A stretch of 28,053 nucleotides of DNA from Chiloscyllium plagiosum (Eukaryota), in the NCBI RefSeq assembly GCF_004010195.1, contig NC_057728.1, positions 40,622,578 to 40,650,630 of the forward strand, in the 5' to 3' direction. Positions 1 to 10,859 of this stretch are shown here, one piece after another. The notes beneath the pieces were generated by a model. It was given only the letters and a program-made list of their open reading frames with translations. It was not told the DNA's origin and did no database searches. Both the position numbers and the translations under genes were made by a program. Positions within the stretch are counted from its first letter, which is position 1; every line of letters starts with the position of its first letter.

Positions 1-92
1 GTAAACAGGACTAAATTTATTTATGATATCTGGTCGACATGGATGAGTTGAACTGAAAGGTCTGTTTCTGTCTCTATATCTCTATAACTCTA
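1..92 (+). mobile_element. CR1 LINE 3' tail (continues from outside the window)
   Basis: Matches the 3' ends at 7607-7770, 14770-14844 and 21390-21475 (gatatctggtcg-catggatgagttg-actgaaggtctgtttc...ctctat-actcta). Confidence 0.85.
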
Positions 93-361
93 AAAGATCA
101 GAAAATTACATTAAGGCACTGAAAGCATGCTGCCCAATATTAATCTGACTCAATTGAACACTAATTGGCAGAAATATGAGCAATCTATTTCTGCAGTTAT
201 CAATTTGGAAATACAAGAAAACTGCTTCAAAATAACTGCAAAGCAATTGCTGATATTTTATAATGTTATTAGGAAAAAAACTGAGGGAGGAATGCAAACT
301 CTTTGATAGAGTCCATGAAAATAGGCAAACAGCAGACTTGTTGAATAATTAGTCTTTTTCA

Positions 362-447
362 TTTTTTCATGAGACATTAGTGTCACTGACAAGATCAGAA
401 ATTTGTTTCCTATCCCTAGTTACCCACAAGAATGTGATGGTGAGCTA
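362..447 (-). mobile_element. Degraded 3' end of a second CR1-like family
   Basis: Similar to 17965-18060 (ca-ttgtt-c-catcccta-tgcc...gag). Short and diverged. Confidence 0.5.
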
Positions 448-599
448 GGGTGCCAGGTGGTGTGTTAGTATTTACAACGGAAGAGGAGAATGTGCCAAAC
501 ATATGATAATAAAGTACTATTGAATGGGGGTGACAACTCCCTAAAATTAATGTAAGCAAAATAATAGTCATGAAGAAAGTCATAGTTTTAAAGAGAATA

Positions 600-2170
600 A
601 TAAATCCCGAGATGACTAGGTAATATCACTCCTCAAGTCTTAAAGGAAGTGGCTTAGATTATTGCAGGCCCCTTTATAATAATCTTTCAAATTTCTTTTG
701 TTTCAGAAAATTCTGCATAACACTCCATTAAATTAAGGTGGGTGAGAAAGGAAAAATATAGAAAAAACTATAGACCAGTTGACCGAACATCTATTGTTGG
801 AAAATTACTAAAGTCTACTAGATAGTGACTGATTGCCTTGAAAATTTTCAGAGAAAAGATTTGTGAGGGCTAAATTTGCATTAAATTGGATTTTTTTTTT
901 GACATGGTAATGACACCAGTAGACCCAACGGTTTGGGGCTTCAAACATTCACTGCATTAATTAAAATTGTAGATATTGCAATACAAAATTATATCTGCAT
1001 ATTTTCTGAGGACATAAAATCAGTGTCATTGTAAGTAATTTTTATGGAAGCATAAAATCAGAAAAGATGATGGTTAAGATAATGGACAAAACTTTGGGAA
1101 ATGGATTTCAATTTGGCAATTGTGATTCATCCACTTAGGACCCAAAAATGATGGTGAACAACTAGAAACTGTGAGGTTCCAAAGAGATTTAAATGTCATG
1201 AACCAGCGCAGAAAGTAACTACAAAAGTAACTGGAATCTCAGCCTCTATATCTACAGGACTAGACCGAAAGGGGGTAAAATAATTCTACAATTGTACAAA
1301 TTCAAATATGTTATACATGGAGTATCACGAGCATTTATTAGGGGAGGGGTGTGGAAGCGTCCAAAACTAGAGGGCATAGATTTAGGGAGAGAGGGGAAAT
1401 TTTTAAAAGGGATTTAACTGGCAACTTTTTCATGCAGAGGGTGGTGCGTATATGAAATGAACTGCCAGAGGAAGTGGTGTCAGCTGGTAAATTACACATT
1501 TAAAAGGCATGTGGATGGGTATATGAACAGGAAGGGTTTAGAGGGCCAAGTGCTGGCAAATTGGACTAGATTAGGACATTTGGTGGGCTTGGACAAGTTT
1601 GACCAATGGGTCTGTTTCTATGCTGTACATCTCTAAGACTTGCTATGATTCTGTATCTCAGGAAGTACAGTGTATATTTGGTCTTGGAGGACGTGCACAG
1701 AAATTTTCAAAAATAATTCCTGAACTCAAAGGGTTACATTGCAAGGAGCAATTGCATAATTTAGAGCTGTTATATTTCCTGGAATTTTGGCAGTTAAAAG
1801 GGTAAGTTGATCAAAATTTTCAAAGCCTAAGGGAAACAAATAGTTTGTTTATCTAATCTACTTCTGTTTGATCAGAAAACCAGGAAAAGAAGACATGGTC
1901 AAACAAATCGAGCCAGATTTTTCAGAAATGAAATTAGGAAACACATCTAGACATAAAGCAAGTTAAAAGTTTGGAACTGATCCATATTTGGAAATTAATA
2001 CTAGATCAATTATTAATTTTAACTATTGAGATCGACAGGCTATTGCTGACTAAGGATACTAAATGATATGGGGCAAACATTGGTAAATGGAGCTAGATCA
2101 CAGTTCAGCTTTGATCTCATCATCTCTATTCTGCCATCTAATGAGCTAAAGGCCACTTACTCCTGTTCCA
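600..2170 (+). mobile_element. Old, heavily decayed CR1 ORF2/3' UTR remnant, interrupted at about 1340-1650
   Basis: Recognisable ORF2 fragments (PQVLKEVA, NYRPV..TSIVGKLL, IPELKGL) and a decayed tail near 2090-2170. Many stops and indels. Confidence 0.7.
1345..1652 (+). mobile_element. Younger 5'-truncated CR1 3' fragment nested in the older CR1
   Basis: tccaaaactagagggcatag...ctgccagaggaagtggtg...gggtctgtttc, very similar to 14540-14844 and 21170-21475. Confidence 0.85.
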
Positions 2171-2684
2171 AATGTACTCATGCAAATCTACTTCTATCCC
2201 CAGAGCGCAGAATCAGAGTACAAATTTTAATTACTGCAACTGTACCTAAAATTAAGTACTGTCTGTGCCTTTCCAGAGATAGAGCAACATATTAAATACC
2301 ATACTCGAGAAAACAGGAATATATAGCCCTGCTCTTTTATTTGTGGCAATATAATCTATTTTGACACACTCAAAATGAAGTGTGGTGGACACATTTAGGA
2401 GAAATGCTGACTTTTAATTTTTATTGCTAGGGAAATCATTTATGGCAGTAGAGTGGACCGCATAAAACTTGTGCTAAACTCAGACATCAAGCTCTCAGCA
2501 TATGACTTTTGACATTTCTATATATATTAAAAATTGTTAAATATATAGACAACCAATATTTCCTAAAATTTTGATGAAACCTACTACAGAAGGTTCATTT
2601 GTGAAAGTCCAGTTACTGCCTACACATAGAAAAGATACGGTGGAAGATTTTGGTTTACTTCTTTTAATGCATTGTCGAATGTCA

Positions 2685-2860
2685 GAAAAACCCATCTGGT
2701 TCACTAATGTTTTTTAGAAGAGGAAACTGCCATCCTTTCCTGGTCAGGCCTACATGTGAGTCCAGACCCATAACAATGCAGTTGACTTTTAACTGCCTTT
2801 TGGGCGATTAGGAATGGTGACCTCACCAGTGATGCCCTCATCTCATCAATGAATTTAAAA
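2685..2860 (+). mobile_element. 3' part of a shark SINE with a CR1-like tail
   Basis: aaaaacccatctggttcactaatg...cctacatgtga-tccagaccc...gggcgattagg...catc...atgaatttaaaa. Family recognised from memory; the tail resembles 18600-18670. Confidence 0.6.
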
Positions 2861-3426
2861 ACACTCCTGAAGAAGTCCTGATACAGGATTACAACTACTT
2901 AAATATTCGGTCCTAGGATTGAAGTGTCAGCTAACAGAAGCTGACTGTTCAAACACATGTACTGGCATTCAGCAATGCAGGTTTAGTGATTAAAAACCAT
3001 TGTAAATGCAATCCCACATGGCATGAAGTCACTATTTTGTAGATATTAGAATGGTCATAATGCTCAAATTTGATGTGACCAATAGCTCCATTCGCACACA
3101 AGCATTCCGGAAGTTCACATTTTATGTGGGTTGAAAACAAAATGTCAATATCCATTACATTTTATGTATAGTGTATGTTTTTTTTTTCTAACATACATTA
3201 AAATAACCAATTAAATGTCAATTATAAGAATTATAATTTTTTTCAGGGTGCTTGCAGGGCTCCTTGTATTTGAAACTAACATATCCCAAAGTAACCATTT
3301 AATAAACTCTGGCATGTTTATCCATCTTAGTTGCAACTTTCACCAACCTCTGCAGCAAAGATATGGTTATTGATTTACAGGACCCTGGGCCTTCCCTTTC
3401 CTAAAGAAGTCCTAACTTGCCCGTTA

Positions 3427-3497
3427 GGAAGAAGGGTCACTGAACTCTGCTTTCTCTGCGAAACCTGCTGAGTTTCTCCAGCAGTTCTGCTTTTGTC
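3427..3497 (+). mobile_element. Deleted remnant of a Penelope-like terminal repeat
   Basis: gaagaagggtcactg...aactctg-tttctct...cctgctgag-tt-tccagca-ttctg aligns to 17129-17220 with internal deletions. Confidence 0.6.
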
Positions 3498-4639
3498 TTA
3501 ACTCCCCTCACTACTTAAAAAGCATCCAACACACTTCCACAAAATATAAGAACACAAATACACTAATGTAAACTTTTGTGGGCTATCACTATCCAAAGAG
3601 ATAAAGGGACAGGAGCTGGAGTGAGGGTGTTGGAAGCGGACTGTCAGATTACAACGATAGATGAAAGCCCAAATGTGTCTAATACTTTCAATTCATTAAG
3701 CAATCTAATAATTTAAAGGGGATTCAGTACATTTTTTTAAATGTATACTTTTAAAAATCATTAAATGGTGGGATAATACTGTTTTAAAAATGTGCTTTGA
3801 TAGTGTCCGTCAGAAACCATAAATATCCCACTCTCTGGATCAACTGCTGTTTCAAATGTACCACGCAAATTCTGGGAAGCAATGAATTATTTAATACGCC
3901 CGTACAATATTGTGGCAAAAACATTTTGTCGTAACATCTCCCTCGGCTCCAAGGCATCTACTTCACCCAATTCATTTAAATCTTATAATGCTAATATCGC
4001 TTCTTTTGTTTACATTCGCTTGATTCCAAACGGGTGGATTTTATATAGTTGGAGGCAAAGTGGAAGATATAGTAGCAGACAATATGGTATAGTTCTTCTT
4101 AAATTGTTCAGTTTAGACGTACGTTAAAAGAAATCACTGCACAACTTGCGTCTATACCCCCACCCCCACTCCTCCCCAGGCTCTCCGCTCCCCAAAAAAT
4201 TTACATCGAGTGCACTTCGCGGGTTACACACGAACAAACAGCAAATTTCTAAGACAAACAAAACATTTCCGTACAGCCGCGCGAGAAATATTCTACTGTC
4301 TCACACCAGTCATTCAAAAGCACCAAACCTTGATGCTGAAACAGGCACAAATGTTTTTCAATTAAACAAAGCTGTACTTGGAAGTCCCAAACAAGCTGCT
4401 CCCCGCCCCCACCCTGGGATCTGTCAGACCAGAGTTTGAAGCCGAGGCCTCAGAGAGTTGAGGATCACAACACATCCAGCAAATCCAACCTCATCTGTAC
4501 GAAAAACATCACTCAGCTTATACTGCAGCCTTAACCTATTAGTTTACAAATAGTTTTGAAGAAGTGGAAAGAGTAATTAGTTTATCATCTAGCCCCAAAC
4601 TAAAACTTCGTCAGAACTGCTTAATATGATTAGTGGTCA

Positions 4640-5085
4640 TCAAAGTCATGGGGATCTACAGCACAGAAAAAGGTCCTTCGGCCCAGTCCCATTGTCCAGC
4701 ACTTAACATCACAAGTGTACATCCAAATGTTTCTTAGGAGTCATGAGGGTTACCTTTATGGACAGTGAGTTCTACATTCCCATCGCCCACTGAGGTGAAA
4801 ATTAAATTCTCCTCACATCCTCTCCACATCTACTGCCCTTCGCCTTAAATCTATATCCCTGGTCACTGATCCCTTCACCAAAGGTTTCTTCCAATCTATC
4901 CTGTCTTTGTCCCTCAGTCTCCCCTGCTTCAAGAAAGTAACCCTAGTCAATCCAATCCCTTCAGGACCAAAACTCTCCAGCCCAGACATCCTGGTAAGTC
5001 TCCTCTGCACTTTTTTTCAGTGCAGTTACATCCCTCCTATTATTATATGGATTCCAGAATTGCATACGATACTGATAATCTGGTA
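4640..5085 (-). mobile_element. Degraded CR1 3' fragment
   Basis: Minus ORF 4813-5010 begins QRRLTRMSGLE (CR1 ORF2 C-terminus QRRFTRMLPGL). The reverse-complemented tail lies at 4640-4690. Confidence 0.75.
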
Positions 5086-5549
5086 TTTCAGACTGTACTT
5101 GCTTTGTGTGTGTCCTTAATTTTTTTAAAAATTGCTTTCCTGCAAAACGTAGTAACCGTAAAACTGAGGGGTGAGGGACACAGAACCCGCACTTAGAAAG
5201 TGATTATCTCAATGTGTGAAAACCTCAAGTGAAAAAGCGATCTTGATTATCTAACAAGGAATATGCATATTTGTTAACAGTTAACACACCCTTCACCCAC
5301 AATCAAACTCATGGAGAAAAAAATAACAATTTCCAGTGTATCTTAAAATCGATTTGCCTGAATTATAGAAAATATACATCCCTGTAATCTTCATTGTTGC
5401 AAGTGCTACTGAATCTGTACTTTGACACGTTACACGCTGTGGTTTCCATGGTAGTTTTTTTTTGCCCTCTTGTTGTGCGGGTTTAGTTAATCCAGAGGCG
5501 GTTGCTCTGGTAATTTTCACAATATTTTAGTGGGGTTTGTCTTTCTTAC

Positions 5550-5689
5550 CGTGTGACTCTTCAGTGGCGGTAATCCTAGGGGTGATGGCGGGTCTCCCAG
5601 CCGAGATCCTGCTCCGCCTCTCTGTCTCTCCGAGCAATCGGTTCCCGTTCTGCAATCGGGCTGTAACACCGAGCTGTCAGCGGCCCTAC
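5550..5689 (-). CDS. DYRK2: DYRK2 coding exon 2 (140 nt): (G)RAADSSVLQPDCRTGTDCSERQRGGAGSRLGDPPSPLGLPPLKSHT
   Basis: Acceptor ACAG ends at 5690 and donor ACG|GTAAG starts at 5549. Phase 1 start fits exon 1. Resembles human DYRK2 GRGGDSAV...GPPSPIALPPLRAS...HT as recalled. Confidence 0.92.
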
Positions 5690-6354
5690 CTGTCACACAC
5701 ACACACACACACACAAAAGCGCCACGGATGTTTAAACCAAGTGAGAAAATAAAAAGAGCCCGGCGTTAAAGTAAACAGAATACATCAAGTGCTCATAATC
5801 AAAGACAGGAAAGCCATGACCCGACACCCTCGAGGGAACGTTCGACAACACAAACATCTTTCAACACACAATACACACACAAAAATCCCCATTTGTTCTG
5901 GTAAAGCAAACTAAACACACCAACCTCACCTCAACAAATGTTCACACACACACACCATTTCGCAAACTATAAGGTTTAATTCTCTTTTTCCCCAAAACCC
6001 ACCCTAGCCCCAGGGGACAACTGTAGTAGGTCCACCCCTCCGCCATACACTATTATGAATTAATGACCTCTCAAAACTACCAAAGTAAGTTGATCATTCT
6101 CCAGACCCCCATCCTCATTCGCCGAGGGCGAGCACACTTTCCATGAGTAGGAAGTTCTCACCCTCTCTCTCTCTCTGCCCACCCCCTCCCCAAATGTCAA
6201 AGCACTAAGGGGGAGGTGTGGGAATAAAAGTCCCTCTCCCAACGATATTAAAGGTGCATCAAGCTGAAAATTAACTGGAGTGAAAACACACGGTGTGGGG
6301 TCTGTTCAATGCAGCGGGCAGGGTGTTGGCTCTTTCCCCTGTGGATCTCCTTAC
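5690..6354 (-). other. DYRK2: DYRK2 intron 1 (665 nt, GT-AG, phase 1)
   Basis: GTAAGG at 6354 and ACAG ending at 5690. The junction codon G|GT is Gly. Confidence 0.9.
5694..5715. repeat. (CA)11 microsatellite, read as (TG)11 in the exon 2 acceptor
   Basis: Direct count. Confidence 0.95.
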
Positions 6355-6397
6355 CCGTAGGATAGGCAGCCGTGGAGCAGGGTTTCCTCGTTAACAT
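6355..6397 (-). CDS. DYRK2: DYRK2 coding exon 1 (43 nt): MLTRKPCSTAAYPT(G)
   Basis: GCGGCCATG start context and donor ACGG|GTAAGG. The peptide matches the human DYRK2 N-terminus MLTRKPSAAAPAAYPTG as recalled. Confidence 0.93.
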
Positions 6398-6462
6398 GGC
6401 CGCTCAGTCAGACAGATACACAGAGAGAGAGAGAGGAAAAAAATCTCCAGCTGATCCTTCTC

Positions 6463-6564
6463 TCAACTCCAAGCTGCAGGAGCAGAGTCACCTACATCCG
6501 TGGAGACTACAAACTGCTCCGAACTCAACCACTGCTTCCTCGCCAACATAATGCACAACTTCAT
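6463..6564 (-). other. Candidate 33-aa uORF in the DYRK2 leader: MKLCIMLARKQWLSSEQFVVSTDVGDSAPAAWS*
   Basis: In-frame ATGs at 6564 and 6549, TGA at 6465-6463. Requires a transcription start right of 6564, which is not known. Confidence 0.45.
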
Positions 6565-7606
6565 CGATATATTTTTTCAAAATCTACAGACACACACACC
6601 AAGCAACTCCCCACACGCCGCTGTCTGGGAGCGGCTTTGTGTTGTACACTGGAATGGTGCAGTAGACGGTAGCTGTGTGTAATGCTGATTGATTGTGGTT
6701 AAAACACTGGCCGTCCGGTTGCTAAGTGAAACTCCGTACATACACATTAGAGAAAGGGAGATACTCGCAAAGAGTCATTTCAAATCAGCCGACACCCGAA
6801 AAACCAAGCAAAACACCGACGTCATTCACGTTGCCTCGGGGCTAGGGCACAGCAAAAGGAACGGGTAGCCGGTTCGTTAAGGAAATTGGGAGAAAATCTT
6901 GAGTTAGTCTGGAGGAGAGGGAGAGATAAAAAGGTAACTTCTGGTGTTAAAAATGCAATAATAAAACACCATACATTGGACGGAATGGATTGGTACAACA
7001 GTGACAAGAGCTTACAGTGAAGCCACACAGACATAGGCAAAAACAGAAAATCTTAGACTCACCTAAATGACCCTGAGTTCATCAGTGTGGATGTGATAAT
7101 ACTGTCCTCACCCAATGTGAGGATCCAAGTGCCGGTCCAATGAAAGGCGTCACTTTTTTTGTAAATAAAGGCTGGATCTGTTATTTTAGTCCGCTGAAAA
7201 ATAGAAAATATCTTGTTGTCCAAAGATAAACTAGCCCTGCAATTTCTGAACATTACAATGTTTAACCAAGATGTATACACAGATTGTTAACATATTTCAC
7301 GAACAGGAATAAAGTTAACTTCCCAAATTAATATTAAGTTATTGTCATTATTGTTGGGAGCCCCATTTCAATTTGTTGATATTACAGTATTTCCAGAACT
7401 TTAGATTTATAAATCATTCAAAATACTGCAGTGAAGGGATGTCTATAAGGAATCAAGTGCAGCAATGTTCTATTTTTAAAAATATATATTCTAAAACATA
7501 GCTTCAATACATAGAAGTAGGTGTACATACAAACATCTAAGTTCACACTTCTATTTTCCACAAGGTTAATTTTTACAATTAGTTTTGAGCAATTGTATCA
7601 GCCTCC

Positions 7607-7770
7607 AACATTTAAGAGGCATTTGGATGGGTATATGAATAGGAAGGGTTTGGAGGGATATTGGCCAGGCGCTGGCAGGTGGGACTTGATTGGGTTAGGA
7701 TATCTGGTCGGCATGGATGGGTTGGACCGAAGAATCTGTTTCCATTCTGTACATCTCTATGACTCTATGA
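7607..7770 (+). mobile_element. CR1 3' tail fragment
   Basis: TFKRHLDGYMNRKGLEGY (ORF2 end), then the UTR and a ctctatgactctatga tail. Confidence 0.9.
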
Positions 7771-7984
7771 CAGTCTCCAGTTTTGAAGGCAGGTCCAGAA
7801 TATATTCTGCCAATTACAGTATGCAGCAGGGCAATTTTAACTTTTGGTTTGCTACGCAGTATAAGTTAAAAAGGTGCAAGGACAACAATCTAAGACATGA
7901 GAGAGAGAGAGAACAGTCAAACAGCAATAATAGCATGCTGGACCAGGATGAAATTCAATCAAGAAAAATGTTGGAATCAAATTT

Positions 7985-8230
7985 GGAGATGGCAAAGTGT
8001 CTGAGTGCAAGAAACAGGAAAAATGTTAAGAATGAATTAGTAGTTGTAATCTTGAATTCTCTTCCCACCAAACTGGGCTAATTTAAATTTTTAGTGCTGA
8101 GAATACTAGGTTCTTATTGAGTAAGGCTGTATAGGGATATTGAGCAATGGTGTCTAAATACAATTAAGACACAGATCAGCCATAGTAGAATAAATTCAAG
8201 AACCTAAATTCTCAACTCCTGTTCCTACAC
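7985..8230 (+). mobile_element. Highly decayed CR1 3' end
   Basis: Resembles 1900-2170 (…cagatcagccat…ctcctgttcc). Confidence 0.5.
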
Positions 8231-8940
8231 TCATCCCTCTCCCACCCCAGGACTCCCAATCCCACCTCTCACCATTGATTCTGGATTCATGATTTGGTCT
8301 TTTGATCCTTGATCCTTGACACTCTTATCCCTGGGCATGCATCCATTGGCTTCCCAATCCTTCGCCCTGCATTACATAACTCCTGATCCTGAGGATTTTT
8401 GTGACACCAGTCATGGCTTGAGGCTTGTGATGCTTACACAGAGAAGTTTGTAGTTCACACAACTCTCGTGAAAGTTGGCACTAGATAAACACCTTTTCAC
8501 ATGGCTTCTTTCTTTTAATACATTTGTATTCTAAAGAAGTGCTACAAATTGATCCACTTGAATTATCAACTTTTTAATAAGACCGTCTTCCGAAATATAA
8601 TCAGGTGCTAGTGCAGGAAATTCAACTGATTGGAAAGTTACAGGTATAAAAAAACCTGAGTACAAAATACACTTGTCCAATTTTTAATTCCCCCTGCATC
8701 TATGTTGGTGCCATTGAGTGAAGCTATATCCCATGAAAGACTATGGTATTGCTCAAAAGATCTATACTAATAGGTTTATTTTTAACTTAGATACACTATA
8801 TCTCTCAGCTAGATGCAAAATGACCTGCTCCAACCACGGCCTTTAGCTCAGTTTGAGAAATTAGGCAATTCCACTAAATTGAATGGGCAGAATAGTATAC
8901 TGAGCAGCTGGAAAAAAAAGCTTGCACTATTATAGGTAAG

Positions 8941-9241
8941 GATCTTCGAGGAGAAAGTGGGGGCTGCAGATGCTGGAGATCAGAGCTGAAAATGTGTTGC
9001 TGGAAAAGCGCAGCAGGTCAGGCAGCATCCAAGGGATGAACTCAGATTTCTCCAGTTTCCTCAGTTCCCCTCCCCCCACCTTGTCTCAGTCAAACCAAGT
9101 CCCTCCTCCCTACCTTTTATCTTAGCCTGCTGGACACACTTTCCTCATTCCTGAAGAAGGGCGTATGCCCGAAACGTCGATTCTCCTGTTCCTTGGATGC
9201 TGCTTCACCTGCTGCGCTTTTCCAGCAACACATTTTCAGCT
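8941..9241. mobile_element. Short Penelope-like insertion with inverted arms and a target-site duplication
   Basis: Arms 8984-9034 and 9191-9241 are reverse complements at 49/51 positions. Flanking direct repeat ctattataggtaag (8927-8940) / ctattacaggtaag (9240-9253). Confidence 0.8.
9145..9185 (+). ncRNA. Minimal type I hammerhead ribozyme-like motif
   Basis: CTGAAGA(9151-9157)-A-GGGC/gtat/GCCC-GAAAC-GTC(9176-9178). Catalytic core boxes and stem II are intact; stem I is weak. Confidence 0.55.
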
Positions 9242-9361
9242 ATTACAGGTAAGTTCAATTTTTAAGATTTAGATGTTTGAGCCACTTTGAACACAGCATA
9301 ATCAATAACTTGTAATCAGCAGAAAAAACAAATAATTAGTCACCATATAGAAAAAGTTAAG

Positions 9362-10345
9362 GAGAGCAGGCATTGATTACTTATAGGAAAATCATGCTTA
9401 ACTAACTTACTGGAGTTGTTTGATGAGGTAACAGAGAGGGCTTACCAGGGAAATTCTGTTGATGTGGTGTATGTGAACTTCCAAAAGGCATCTGATACAG
9501 TGCTGTGCACAGACTTATGAGTAATACTGGAGCTCATGGAATTAAAGGAATTGTAGTAACATGGTTACAAAATTGGTTGAGTTAGAGGAAAACAAATAGT
9601 AATGGTTAATTGGTTAGAAGCAAGTTTGTAGTGGAGCTCCCCAGAAGTCAATGTTGGGGCCTTTGCTTTTTCAGATATTTTTCAATGATTTAAACTTTGG
9701 AGTACAGGTTCAGGACAAAATTTGCAGATGATAAAAAGCTTGGATGTTTGTAAAATGTGAGAGGGTTGTATAGAATCTCCAAAAGAGATGAAGAAGTTGG
9801 AAGAATGAGTAGATAGGTGGCAGATGAAGTTCAATGCAGAGAAAACATCAGGTAGAGTACTACTTTGATAGATGGGATACAGTATTATTGAATGCATTGG
9901 AGAGCACGTAGAAGATATTTATATGAATGGCTCCATGGATGAGGAGCTTCAGTTAGTGGAGTCGAGAATATGCACCTCAGAGAAGAGAAGGCTGAGAGAA
10001 GATTAGGTTTAAGTATTCAAAATAATGAGAGGGTAAAAATATTCCCCCTCACAAAATGGGTGAAAGCGAAAGGACACAGGTTTAAAAGAGAAAAAAAAAG
10101 GCATGAAGAAAAACGTCATTAGGTGAGTGGTTACTGTCTGGAATGCACAGTCTGAGAGAGTGATGAAGGGAGGTTCAAATAGAACATTCAAAAGTGAATT
10201 AGATGATTATTTGAAAAGAAACAATATGCTAGGTTATAGGGAGAAGAAAGGAGAATGGCATGAGATGGGGAGCTCACTTGGAGCTGGCATACTCACAAAG
10301 ACCTGAACAACCTCCTTCTGCACTGTGACAATCCTGTAATTCTGC
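9362..10345 (+). mobile_element. Old CR1 RT-to-3'-end remnant
   Basis: GKSCLTNLLELFDEVT, DVVYVNFQKA, KFADD motifs followed by a decayed tail. Confidence 0.85.
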
Positions 10346-10859
10346 ATCTAACAATGGAAATAATTGTGAATAGATAGCTGTGATTTACTATGCAACTTTC
10401 ACAGCAAGCATATTTTATTCAAGATTCTATCACTGTACATGGAGCTAATGAGTGAATTTAACAAGAATAAATACAGGACAAGGACTGTACATAACTAATG
10501 ATGAATTAATGTCAACTATAGTAGAGTGGTGAAGAAGCTGTGGTGAAAAAAGTACGATCTTTCATTCTCCAACCATACTCAAACGTAAAGATTTACTTCC
10601 AGGAGATGACAACAATAAAACTACAAAGTGTGCTACCAAACCAGATACAATAATCCATCACCGATCTTAGGTCTCCTCCTAAACAATAGCCAATCACTGG
10701 ATCTGATCACTGGGAAAGTCCCCCTCAACCTGGCAAATGTACAAATGAATTACCATGGAGGATGGTCACATCTGAAAAATAAATGTACTCCTTGATGTTG
10801 CATCACAAAATCTGGTCACTATTCCTTGCCCACAATTTGTGGATACCATGTCGGTTTCT

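Larger units (their letters stand above)
1..5549 (-). other. DYRK2: DYRK2 intron 2 (partial; exon 3 expected left of the window)
   Basis: Starts with donor GTAAGA at 5549. No kinase-domain ORF occurs in 1-5549. Confidence 0.8.
5540..7200. promoter_or_regulatory. CpG-enriched, transposon-free DYRK2 promoter/first-exon region
   Basis: Visibly more CpG than the flanks. Near-CRE TGACGTCG (minus, 6817-6824), CCAAT at 7137-7141 and CGTCA at 7148-7152. A second CpG-rich patch lies at about 3870-4450. Confidence 0.65.

Noticed and set aside
5517..5714. 65-aa ORF as a standalone gene
   Set aside because: The core is DYRK2 exon 2; the ends are intronic, and MCVCVC comes from the TG repeat.
5550..6397. 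Assignment to DYRK3 or DYRK4
   Set aside because: MLTRKP...AAYPTG and PPSP..LPPL match the DYRK2 N-terminus as I recall it, not the paralogues.
7521..8081. 186-aa ORF, the longest in the window
   Set aside because: It is a chance read-through of a CR1 tail, a (GA)n run and a decayed CR1 end. It has a non-ATG start and no domain.
8225..8395. Pyrimidine-rich stretch with recurring tgatcct
   Set aside because: Low complexity with no consistent period or structure.
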